Source of the DNA: an uncultured bacterium
Lineage (GTDB): Bacteria > Patescibacteriota > Minisyncoccia > Phycocordibacterales > CAIZLB01
Direction: 5' to 3'
Assembly (NCBI GenBank): GCA_903848795.1
Contig: CAINHC010000016.1
Location: 1-54,708, forward strand
DNA: 54,708 nucleotides
Below, piece by piece: positions 46,991 through 54,708 of this stretch (position 1 is its first letter; each line of letters starts with the position of its first letter). Under the pieces are notes generated by a model that was given only the letters and a program-made list of their open reading frames with translations, was not told the DNA's origin and searched no databases. Position numbers and translations under genes: made by a program.

Positions 46991-47416
46991 ATGAAAGCAA
47001 TTTTAAGTAATTATAGACAATCACCAAGAAAAGTAGGACTAGTAGCCGGACTAATTCGTGGCAAGACCGTTGCGCAAGCTCGTGTTGCTTTGAAGTTTGC
47101 AAACAAGAGAGCATCTCTTCCTGTAGCTAAGCTACTTGAGAGTGCAGTTGCTAATGCAAAGAACGCAGGTGTTTCTAATGTTGAGTCATTGAAGATTCAA
47201 GAAATACAAGTTAACAAAGGTAGAGTTCTAAAAAGAAGTCTTCCTCGTGCTCGTGGATCAGCATCAAGACTTAATAAGCGTTCAAGTCATGTTTCAATAA
47301 TTCTTTCTGAGAAAGGGGGAGTTGTTTCACCTGTAGCGATGATTGAAAAAGCTAAGGCAGAAAAAGTTACAAAGACTGCAAAAGTTATAAAAGAATCAAA
47401 AAAAGAAAATAAATAA
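46991..47416 (+). CDS. rplV: 50S ribosomal protein L22
   Basis: RQSPRKV, LESAVANA, PRARGSA. Confidence 0.97.
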   Translation: MKAILSNYRQSPRKVGLVAGLIRGKTVAQARVALKFANKRASLPVAKLLESAVANAKNAGVSNVESLKIQEIQVNKGRVLKRSLPRARGSASRLNKRSSHVSIILSEKGGVVSPVAMIEKAKAEKVTKTAKVIKESKKENK

Positions 47417-47422
47417 AAATAT

Positions 47423-48079
47423 ATGACACACACAGTTCACCCATATGCACATAGACTAGGAATAATCAGAGATTGGAAATCTCGTTGGTTTTCTACTGAT
47501 GCCAAGTTTAGATCAAATCTTAAATGTGACATTCTCGTTAGAGAGTGGTTGCAAAAGAAGATGCGTGGACAATATATTTCAGATATCGAGATTGAGAGAA
47601 ATGACAAAATGATACGTTTGATTCTAAAGACCTCACGCCCAGGAATAATAATCGGAAGAAATGGAGAAGGGGCAACAAAACTTAAAGCAGAAATTGAAAA
47701 ATTCTTAAGAAAGCACGGAGAAGAAAAGACAACTGCACTTAAGTTAGAAATAGAAGAAGTAAGATCTCCAGAATCAAGTGCACCAATTGTCGCTCAAATG
47801 CTTGCAGAAGGACTTGAAAAGCGTATGCCTTTCAGACGTGTTATGAAGCAAATGATTGAGAAGGTTATGACATGTAGAGATGTTAAGGGAGTTAGAGTCT
47901 ACATGACAGGTCGTCTAGGAGGAGCAGAAATGGCAAGAACAGAGACGCTTAAAAAAGGTCAAATTCCACTTCAAACTCTTAGAGCTGATATTGATTACAA
48001 GAACTATGAGGCAAACTTGCCTTATGGAAAGATCGGTATCAAGGTCTGGATTTATAAAGGTGAAGTTTTTAACAAATAA
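47423..48079 (+). CDS. rpsC: 30S ribosomal protein S3
   Basis: SRPGIIIGRNG, GRLGGAEMAR, PLQTLRADIDY. Confidence 0.97.
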   Translation: MTHTVHPYAHRLGIIRDWKSRWFSTDAKFRSNLKCDILVREWLQKKMRGQYISDIEIERNDKMIRLILKTSRPGIIIGRNGEGATKLKAEIEKFLRKHGEEKTTALKLEIEEVRSPESSAPIVAQMLAEGLEKRMPFRRVMKQMIEKVMTCRDVKGVRVYMTGRLGGAEMARTETLKKGQIPLQTLRADIDYKNYEANLPYGKIGIKVWIYKGEVFNK

Positions 48080-48097
48080 TTTAAATAAGATACTACC

Positions 48098-48517
48098 ATG
48101 TTATTCCCAAAGAAAGTTAAACACAGAAAATGGCAAGTCGGCCGCGAAAACCCAAACAAAGTTAGGGTTGCAACTCGTGGTGTTGATGTTTCCTTTGGTT
48201 CATACGGACTAAAGGCTACTAGCTCATATCGTGTAACTTCAAATCAAATTGAATCTGCAAGAAAGGTTATTTCCAAAACTCTTGGAAAAACTGGACGTAT
48301 GTGGACTAGAGTATTTCCTGACAGACCTGTAACTCAAAAGGCGGCTGAAGTGCCCATGGGAAAGGGAAAGGGAGAGCCAAAGGGCTTCTGTTTGGAAGTT
48401 AGACCTGGAAGAATTCTTTTTGAAGTTGATGGTGTAACAGAGGAAGTTGCAAAAAGTGCTTTGATAAAAGCAGGTAAAAAATTACCAGTAACTATCCGTG
48501 TGGTAGGTAGAGAATAA
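48098..48517 (+). CDS. rplP: 50S ribosomal protein L16
   Basis: RVFPDRPVT, PMGKGKG. Confidence 0.97.
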   Translation: MLFPKKVKHRKWQVGRENPNKVRVATRGVDVSFGSYGLKATSSYRVTSNQIESARKVISKTLGKTGRMWTRVFPDRPVTQKAAEVPMGKGKGEPKGFCLEVRPGRILFEVDGVTEEVAKSALIKAGKKLPVTIRVVGRE

Positions 48518-48534
48518 TATTTAAATATAAAACA

Positions 48535-48768
48535 ATGACTGAATTTAAAGACAAAAACAGAAAAGATTTAATGAAGACCTTACATGAAAAGAAGGATTCT
48601 TTGCAGGCTTTTCGTTTTGGCGGAGCTGGATCAAAATCAAGAAATGTAAAGGAAGGACGTAATACCAGAAAAGATATTGCTCGTATTCTTACAGAACTTA
48701 AATCTCAAACAAGCGCTCTTTCTTCAAAGGCAAATCTTGAGGCTAAAGTAGAGGCAACAGCAAAATAG
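48535..48768 (+). CDS. rpmC: 50S ribosomal protein L29
   Basis: RKDIARILTEL, position in the operon. Confidence 0.9.
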   Translation: MTEFKDKNRKDLMKTLHEKKDSLQAFRFGGAGSKSRNVKEGRNTRKDIARILTELKSQTSALSSKANLEAKVEATAK

Positions 48769-48796
48769 GCGACAATAAATAATTTCAATATAAAAT

Positions 48797-49063
48797 ATGA
48801 AAAAGACAATTAATACAACAGAAGAGGTGATAACAAAAGCAAATAAGAAAATGCTTTCAGGTGTTGTTACTTCAGACAAAATGAAGGACACTATCGTTGT
48901 GTCAGTTCAGCAATATGTCATGGTTCCAAAGTACAAAAAGTTTGTTAAGACAAACAAGAAGTATAAGGCACATGATGCTGGAAATACAAAGAAGATCGGA
49001 GATAAAGTAGAGATTGTTGAATGTCGCCCAATCTCAAAGGATAAACACTTTAAGTTAATTTAA
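48797..49063 (+). CDS. rpsQ: 30S ribosomal protein S17
   Basis: GVVTSDKMKDTIVV, ECRPISKDKHF. Confidence 0.97.
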   Translation: MKKTINTTEEVITKANKKMLSGVVTSDKMKDTIVVSVQQYVMVPKYKKFVKTNKKYKAHDAGNTKKIGDKVEIVECRPISKDKHFKLI

Positions 49064-49073
49064 TTTTACCAAT

Positions 49074-49442
49074 ATGTTACAACCACGTTCAATAGTATCA
49101 ATAGCAGATAACACAGGAGCAAAAATAGGCCGAGTGTTCAAAGTTACTGGTTCTTCAAAAAAGAGATATGCAGAGATTGGAGAAGTAGTGATAATTTCTG
49201 TTCAAAAGGCTGAGCCTAGAAAGACTGTAAAGAAGAAGGACATACACCGCGCTGTTGTTGTTCGCCAAAAGAAGGCCTTTAGAAGAAAGGATGGTTCTTA
49301 TGTTAGATTTGATGAGAACGCAGTTGTTCTTATTGATAAGACAAAAGGTGAGCCAATTGGTGGACGTGTATTCGGTCCTATCCCAAGAGAGCTTTCTGAG
49401 AAGTATCAAAAGATCGTTTCTCTAGCAGCTGAGGTAGTATAA
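49074..49442 (+). CDS. rplN: 50S ribosomal protein L14
   Basis: ADNTGAK, RFDENAVV, GRVFGP. Confidence 0.97.
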   Translation: MLQPRSIVSIADNTGAKIGRVFKVTGSSKKRYAEIGEVVIISVQKAEPRKTVKKKDIHRAVVVRQKKAFRRKDGSYVRFDENAVVLIDKTKGEPIGGRVFGPIPRELSEKYQKIVSLAAEVV

Positions 49443-49481
49443 AAGTAAAATTATTAACAATTGCAACATAAATTTAAAAAC

Positions 49482-49781
49482 ATGAAAATCAAGAAAGGAG
49501 ACAAAATAATAGTGATAGCAGGAAAAGACAAGGGTAAGACTGGTAAAGTTACCAGAGCTATTCCTACTGAGTCTAAAGTTGTTGTTGAAGGTCTAAACCT
49601 TCTAAAGAAGCACAGAAAGGCAAGAAGACAAGGTGAGAAGGGACAAATTGTTGAGGTATCTATGCCTCTACATGTTTCAAATGTTGCAATTGCGATTGAT
49701 GGTAAGCCAGCTCGTATTGCCAGCAAGGTTATAGGAGGTAAGAAGGTTAGAGTTGATAGTAAGACAGGAAAGGCAATATAA
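49482..49781 (+). CDS. rplX: 50S ribosomal protein L24
   Basis: IKKGDKIIVIAGKDKGKTG, PLHVSNV. ATG at 49482. Confidence 0.96.
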   Translation: MKIKKGDKIIVIAGKDKGKTGKVTRAIPTESKVVVEGLNLLKKHRKARRQGEKGQIVEVSMPLHVSNVAIAIDGKPARIASKVIGGKKVRVDSKTGKAI

Positions 49782-49811
49782 GCCTAAAAGTTAATTTATT
49801 AAAGAAAATTT

Positions 49812-50363
49812 ATGAAACACCAAACAGTAAAAGAAAAAGGAACAAAAACATACGAGGCCCTAAAGGCTGAATTTGGATACACAAACAAGCTTCAAGCCCC
49901 AAAGATATTGAAGGTTGTTCTTTCTGCAACTTCTGGATCTATTAAGGATCCAAAGAAGAAGGAGCTAATTGGAGACCGTCTAACAAAGATAGCTGGACAA
50001 AAGGCTACTCAAACTGCTGCAAAGAAGTCAGTTGCCTCATTTAAGGTTAGACAAGGTGACGTTGTGGGATGGCAATCAACTCTAAGAGGAGAAAGAATGT
50101 GGAGTTTTGTAGAAAAGCTTGTAAATGTCGCTCTTCCTCGTACTAGAGACTTTAGAGGTATAAAGTTAAGTGCAGTTGACGCTATGGGTAACTATACTCT
50201 TGGAATTAAGGAGCACACAGTCTTCCCAGAGACATCTGACGAGGAATTGAAGGATGTTTTCGGGTTTGCTGTGACTTTAGTTACAACAGCTAAGACCAAG
50301 GCCGAGGTCAAGGCATTAATGGAATATTTAGGTTTCTTGTTTAGAAAAGAAGACGTTAAATAA
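49812..50363 (+). CDS. rplE: 50S ribosomal protein L5
   Basis: AKKSVASFKVRQG, ALPRTRDFRG. Confidence 0.97.
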   Translation: MKHQTVKEKGTKTYEALKAEFGYTNKLQAPKILKVVLSATSGSIKDPKKKELIGDRLTKIAGQKATQTAAKKSVASFKVRQGDVVGWQSTLRGERMWSFVEKLVNVALPRTRDFRGIKLSAVDAMGNYTLGIKEHTVFPETSDEELKDVFGFAVTLVTTAKTKAEVKALMEYLGFLFRKEDVK

Positions 50364-50366
50364 GCG

Positions 50367-50395
50367 TTGACTTTAAGGCATTAAACTGCTAGGAT
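50367..50395 (+). promoter_or_regulatory. Internal promoter upstream of rpsN
   Basis: TTGACT-N17-TAGGAT with extended TG in the rplE-rpsN spacer. Confidence 0.55.
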
Positions 50396-50411
50396 TCAAA
50401 AACACAAAGAC

Positions 50412-50597
50412 ATGGCAAAAACATCAACATTCGTAAGATCGCTCAAAAAACCAAAGTTCTCAACACGTATAGTGAGACGTTGCTTTAGATGTGGTCGTGT
50501 TCACGGTTACATGCGAGATTTCGGTATGTGCCGTATCTGTTTTAGAGAGGCTGCTAACGAAGGCAGAATCCCAGGAATTAAAAAATCATCATGGTAG
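50412..50597 (+). CDS. rpsN: 30S ribosomal protein S14, Zn-binding (C+) type
   Basis: RCFRCGR...MCRICFR, GIKKSSW. Confidence 0.97.
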   Translation: MAKTSTFVRSLKKPKFSTRIVRRCFRCGRVHGYMRDFGMCRICFREAANEGRIPGIKKSSW

Positions 50598-50980
50598 ATC
50601 CAATATCACAAATAATAATAAACATTAAAAACGCGAACGTAGCCAGAAAAGCTACAACTACTCTTCCTTATTCAAAATTGAAAGAGTCAGTACTCGCTGT
50701 TCTTAAGAGAGAGGGTTTCATTAAAGACTTTTCAAAAAAGGGAAAGAAGGTAATAAAGACTCTTGAGATTGAGTTGATTTACGTAGATGGTAAGCCAAGA
50801 ATTGAGGGAGTACAGCAAATCTCTAAGCAATCACGTAGAACTTACACGAAGGCAAAGGAGCTTAAGTCAGTTCTTAACGGATACGGTGCTCTAATACTTA
50901 CAACTCCAAATGGTATTATGACAGACAAGGAAGCAAAGAAGGCAAAGGTCGGAGGAGAAGTTTTGTTTAAGATTTGGTAA
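50591..50980 (+). CDS. rpsH: 30S ribosomal protein S8
   Basis: [31 protein letters not shown]. Confidence 0.97.
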   Translation: MVDPISQIIINIKNANVARKATTTLPYSKLKESVLAVLKREGFIKDFSKKGKKVIKTLEIELIYVDGKPRIEGVQQISKQSRRTYTKAKELKSVLNGYGALILTTPNGIMTDKEAKKAKVGGEVLFKIW

Positions 50981-50990
50981 TTTTAATAAT

Positions 50991-51524
50991 ATGTCAAGAA
51001 TAGGAAAACAAATAATAAATATCCCGTCAGGAACTGAAGTAATCTTTAAGGATTATGTTCTTACCGTAAAAGGACCAAAGGGGGAGTTGAGTAGAGAAAT
51101 CAGACCTGGATTTGATATCAAGGTTGAAAATGGAACTGCAACTGTAATTCCACTTAAGCATGATCTACAAGCGAGAGCTTTGTGGGGAACATATGGTTCT
51201 CACCTTAAGAACATGGTTAAGGGAGTAACTGAGCAATTCACAAAAAAGTTACTACTCGAGGGTATCGGATTCAAGGCTGATGTTGCGGGAGATAAGATCA
51301 ATCTAAACCTAGGTTTTTCTCACCCAATTCAGGTTTCAATTCCAAAGGGAGTAACTGTTACATCAGAAAAGGGTCAAGTACTCTTTACTGGATGTGACAA
51401 GGAAGCAGTTAATCAACTTGCTTCACAAGTTAGATCATTGAAGAAGCCTGAGCCTTATAAGGGTAAGGGATTCAGATATGAAGGAGAAATAATTAAGAGA
51501 AAGCAAGGTAAGAAAGCTGCATAA
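50991..51524 (+). CDS. rplF: 50S ribosomal protein L6
   Basis: [21 protein letters not shown]. Confidence 0.98.
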   Translation: MSRIGKQIINIPSGTEVIFKDYVLTVKGPKGELSREIRPGFDIKVENGTATVIPLKHDLQARALWGTYGSHLKNMVKGVTEQFTKKLLLEGIGFKADVAGDKINLNLGFSHPIQVSIPKGVTVTSEKGQVLFTGCDKEAVNQLASQVRSLKKPEPYKGKGFRYEGEIIKRKQGKKAA

Positions 51525-51544
51525 AGTTAAATTATAAAAAAGCC

Positions 51545-51904
51545 ATGAAAACTAATATCGTATCATCAACAAGAGACAGAAGAAGAAAGCGAATTCGCTC
51601 AAAGGTTATTGGAACCACAGAGCGTCCTCGTCTATCTGTGTTTAAATCAAACGCGTTTATATACGCGCAGGTAATTAATGATGAGACTGGTAAGACATTG
51701 GCAGCAGCTTCTTCTCTTAAGACCAAGAAAGGAGAAAAGAAGGGAACAAAAACAGAGTCTTCAATGAATGTCGGTATTGAGGTTGCAAAGCTTGCAAAAT
51801 CAGCTGGCATCACAAAGGTTGTGTTTGACAGAGGAGGATTTAATTACACAGGACGTATCCGCGCACTTGCTGACGGAGCACGTCAAGGCGGATTAGAATT
51901 TTAA
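51545..51904 (+). CDS. rplR: 50S ribosomal protein L18
   Basis: [36 protein letters not shown]. Confidence 0.97.
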   Translation: MKTNIVSSTRDRRRKRIRSKVIGTTERPRLSVFKSNAFIYAQVINDETGKTLAAASSLKTKKGEKKGTKTESSMNVGIEVAKLAKSAGITKVVFDRGGFNYTGRIRALADGARQGGLEF

Positions 51905-51909
51905 TAAAT

Positions 51910-52689
51910 ATGACTGATACACTTACAAACAATACAATAGTAGAGGAAACTGTAACGGAGAACACAGCTGTAGAGGCTGCTCCAGAGGTTGTTGCAGAGG
52001 CATCACCAGTCGCATCAGCGACGGCTTCATCGGCTCCTGCTCCATCACATGCTCCAACTCAAGCTGCTGGACCATTTGATAATAGAGGAGGATTCAGAGG
52101 TGGACCAAGAGGAGGATCACGTGGACCAGGAGGACCAGGTGGTGCACCTCGCGGACGTGGCGGACCAGACAGACGTGGTGGACCAAGAAGAGAGCCTAGA
52201 GCTAAGCCTGAGTTTGATCAAAAGATGATCGATATCAGACGTGTTACTAGAGTTTCTGCTGGGGGACGACGTTTCAGTTTTGCTGTAGCTGTTGTTATTG
52301 GGGACAAGAAGGGTAAGGTTGGTGTTGGAACAGGAAAGGGAACTGACACATCACTTGCAGTTGAAAAAGCTGTTAGAGATGCAAAGAACAATCTAATAAC
52401 TGTTCCTCTAACAAAGACAGGAAGTATTCCTCACGCAGTTGCTTCTAAGTACTGTAGTGCTAGAGTTGAAATGAAACCAGCTCTAGGAAAGGGGGTTGTG
52501 GCTGGATCATCTGTGCGTGATGTTATCGTTTTGGCTGGTATTACAGACATAAACGCAAAACTTCGTTCTGGAACAAAAAATAAGCTTAACAATGCACAAG
52601 CTGCAATCGTTGCCCTATCATCATTTAAAAAAGGTAAAAGAGTATTGGGAAATAATGAAACTTCAGCAAGTGCCGCTTCATCAAATTAA
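51910..52689 (+). CDS. rpsE: 30S ribosomal protein S5 with long N-terminal extension
   Basis: RRVTRVSAGGRRFSF, GKGVVAG. Confidence 0.97.
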   Translation: MTDTLTNNTIVEETVTENTAVEAAPEVVAEASPVASATASSAPAPSHAPTQAAGPFDNRGGFRGGPRGGSRGPGGPGGAPRGRGGPDRRGGPRREPRAKPEFDQKMIDIRRVTRVSAGGRRFSFAVAVVIGDKKGKVGVGTGKGTDTSLAVEKAVRDAKNNLITVPLTKTGSIPHAVASKYCSARVEMKPALGKGVVAGSSVRDVIVLAGITDINAKLRSGTKNKLNNAQAAIVALSSFKKGKRVLGNNETSASAASSN

Positions 52690-52714
52690 TAAATTAGATT
52701 ATAATTAAATTATC

Positions 52715-53155
52715 ATGCAATTACATAACGTAAAATCAAAGACAAAAAGAGCGAAATCAGTCCAGGTTGGACGTGGTGGAAAGCGTGGTAAGACTTCTGG
52801 ACGTGGTACAAAAGGCCAAGGAGCTCGTGCTGGTAGAAAAATCAGACCGGAACTTAGAGATACAATCAAAAGAATTCCAAAGCTTCGTGGTCTTGGTAAA
52901 AACTCCAATAAGTCTATCCAAGTTAAGCCAACAATTGTTGATATAACAAAATTGGTAGCTTTCAAAGCAGGAGAAAAAGTTTCTCCGCTTACACTAGCAG
53001 AGAAGGGTATAATTTCAGTTTATAAGGGACGTCTTCCTAAAATAAAGATTTTGGGTAAAACAGAAGAATCTATTCCTGGCGTAAATGTAGTAGATTGTAA
53101 AGTTTCTGCTTCCGCAACATCTGTAATTGAGAAGGCTGGTGGATCAATCAAGTAA
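52715..53155 (+). CDS. rplO: 50S ribosomal protein L15
   Basis: GRGGKRGKTSGRGTKGQGAR, IEKAGG. Confidence 0.97.
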   Translation: MQLHNVKSKTKRAKSVQVGRGGKRGKTSGRGTKGQGARAGRKIRPELRDTIKRIPKLRGLGKNSNKSIQVKPTIVDITKLVAFKAGEKVSPLTLAEKGIISVYKGRLPKIKILGKTEESIPGVNVVDCKVSASATSVIEKAGGSIK

Positions 53156-53274
53156 GTTTACATTCATCATTACGAAATACATCGCGTAAATATTAGGTAA
53201 ATTTGTCTTTAGATTCACTGAATTTCGGTTTCAGTTAATTAATTGTAATAATCGGTCAGTTCTGGCCAAAAAAT

Positions 53275-54546
53275 ATGGACAAATTTCTTCTAAAACTTAA
53301 ACATCTTTTTACAGACAAAGGTCTACGTAACAAAATTCTTTTTGTTCTAGGCGCACTTATCGTATTCAGATTGCTTGCCAACATTCCAATTCCTGGAGTT
53401 GATCAAGTAACACTGGATAGATTTTTAAATAATAATCAGTTTTTCGGTCTTTTGAGTATGTTTTCAGGAGGAGGACTTACAACTCTTTCTATTGCAATGC
53501 TTGGAGTGAGTCCTTACATTACATCATCAATTATAATGCAGTTGAGTACGATGATGTCTCCTAGAATGAAAGCTATGGTTTCAGAAAATGGCGATGTTGG
53601 AAGAAAGAGATTTAGTTTCTATACAAGAGCATTAACTGTTCCATTGGCTGTTATTGAAGGCTTTGGTTTCTTGGCATTATTACAAAAAGAGGGAATTGTT
53701 GGATCACTTGGTAGTTTTGGATTGATTACAAACGTAGCAATCATCGTTGCTGGTTCAATGATTCTTATGTGGATTGGTGAATTGGTGTCGGAGTTTGGTA
53801 TTGGAAACGGAGTTTCCCTTATTATCTTTGCGGGAATCGTAAGTAGAATTCCTCAGGCTCTTGGACAATTGCAATATGCTGTAGATGCTTCTCAAATACC
53901 TCTATTTATAGTTATGGCTGTTATAGGCTTGGCTGCAATTGTGGGTGTTGTATTTATGACTGAGGCGGAAAGACCTGTACCTGTGACATACGCAAAGCAA
54001 GTTAGAGGGGGGAAGATATATGGTGGTTCATCAACATATTTGCCATTTAGACTAAATCAAGCTGGAGTTATTCCAATAATCTTCGCGCTATCTATCCTTT
54101 TGTTGCCCCAAATGTTGTTCAACATGTTGGCATACCTTGGTAATCCAATGATTGCAGATGCATCAAAGTTCCTTGCTTCAGTAATGCAAAATCCTTGGAT
54201 TTACTCGGCGCTATACTTTATCTTGGTTTTCTTCTTCACATATTTCTACACAGCTGTTACTTTTGATCCAAAGACAATATCAGAGAATCTACAAAAGAGT
54301 GGGGCGTTTATCCCTGGAGTTAGGCCAGGTGATCCTACAACAGAGCATCTTGCTAAGATGGTTGGAAGACTTACTTTGGTTGGAGCGCTATTCCTAGGTT
54401 TGATTGCAGTCCTGCCACCAGTTCTTCAGGCCATTACTTCAATTAAGATTCTAACAATTGGAGGAACATCACTTTTGATTGTGGTTCAAGTTGTCATAGA
54501 TATAATCAAGAAGGTGGATGCGCAGTTGGCAATGCGGGAGTACTAG
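53275..54546 (+). CDS. secY: Preprotein translocase SecY
   Basis: LGVSPYITSSII, GIGNGVSLIIF, NQAGVIPIIFA, FIPGVRPG, GGTSLLIVV. Confidence 0.98.
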   Translation: MDKFLLKLKHLFTDKGLRNKILFVLGALIVFRLLANIPIPGVDQVTLDRFLNNNQFFGLLSMFSGGGLTTLSIAMLGVSPYITSSIIMQLSTMMSPRMKAMVSENGDVGRKRFSFYTRALTVPLAVIEGFGFLALLQKEGIVGSLGSFGLITNVAIIVAGSMILMWIGELVSEFGIGNGVSLIIFAGIVSRIPQALGQLQYAVDASQIPLFIVMAVIGLAAIVGVVFMTEAERPVPVTYAKQVRGGKIYGGSSTYLPFRLNQAGVIPIIFALSILLLPQMLFNMLAYLGNPMIADASKFLASVMQNPWIYSALYFILVFFFTYFYTAVTFDPKTISENLQKSGAFIPGVRPGDPTTEHLAKMVGRLTLVGALFLGLIAVLPPVLQAITSIKILTIGGTSLLIVVQVVIDIIKKVDAQLAMREY

Positions 54547-54573
54547 ACTAGAATTGGGGATAAAAGATAGGTA

Positions 54574-54604
54574 AAAAAGAGTGGACTTAACTGTCTGCTT
54601 TTTT
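54574..54604 (+). terminator. Terminator-like hairpin after secY
   Basis: AAAAAAGAGTGGAC-TTAACT-GTCTGCTTTTTT. Confidence 0.55.
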
Positions 54605-54708
54605 AGTTTCGTTTTGTGAATAACCTTGTATGAATAATGTAGGGTATGTTTATTGATTTAACTTATAAATTACGAGTTAATTATTGAAATTAGTAAAAGT
54701 TATCACCC

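Noticed and set aside
1-54708. CRISPR array, tRNA, rRNA, transposase or integrase
   Set aside because: No regularly spaced repeats, no T-arm/D-arm tRNA pattern, no rRNA-like stretch and no DDE, HUH or tyrosine recombinase ORF were recognised by eye.
1-54708. Alternative genetic code (UGA as Gly), as in Gracilibacteria/Absconditabacteria
   Set aside because: Core genes are full length under code 11 and TGA terminates genes, for example at 13920-13922.

Overview
Chromosomal window from a Patescibacteria (CPR), Parcubacteria-like bacterium. The assignment is inferred from the absence of rpmD (L30) between rpsE and rplO, a CPR-style L28, an AT-rich genome and almost no Shine-Dalgarno motifs. The standard genetic code applies because TGA is used as a stop. 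The core genes are tig, ppa, nusA, a type IV pilus cluster (pilB, pilC, four pilin-like genes), tpiA, pgk, hit, recJ, rnhA, a split comEC around a Fe/Mn SOD, rpmB, and the str-S10-spc cluster from rpsL to secY. That cluster is broken by two insertions, each followed by a restart promoter: about 7 kb between fusA and tuf (DEDDh nuclease, ABC-ATPase plus TOPRIM RloA/RloB-like pair, SWIM, Fic, orphans), and about 3.6 kb between rplB and rpsS. The two strongest signals are as follows. (1) Four copies, one decayed, of a divergent module pairing a TrmB-like regulator with a membrane-anchored LivJ-like binding protein, with no transporter genes in the window and a candidate GTC-N9-GAC operator. (2) Two copies of a multi-stem palindromic element with compensatory base changes, each lying between a terminator and the -35 box of a translation-operon promoter (rpsL, tuf). 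All family calls come from motif recognition by eye and no database search was run. No tRNA, rRNA, CRISPR array or transposase was recognised.
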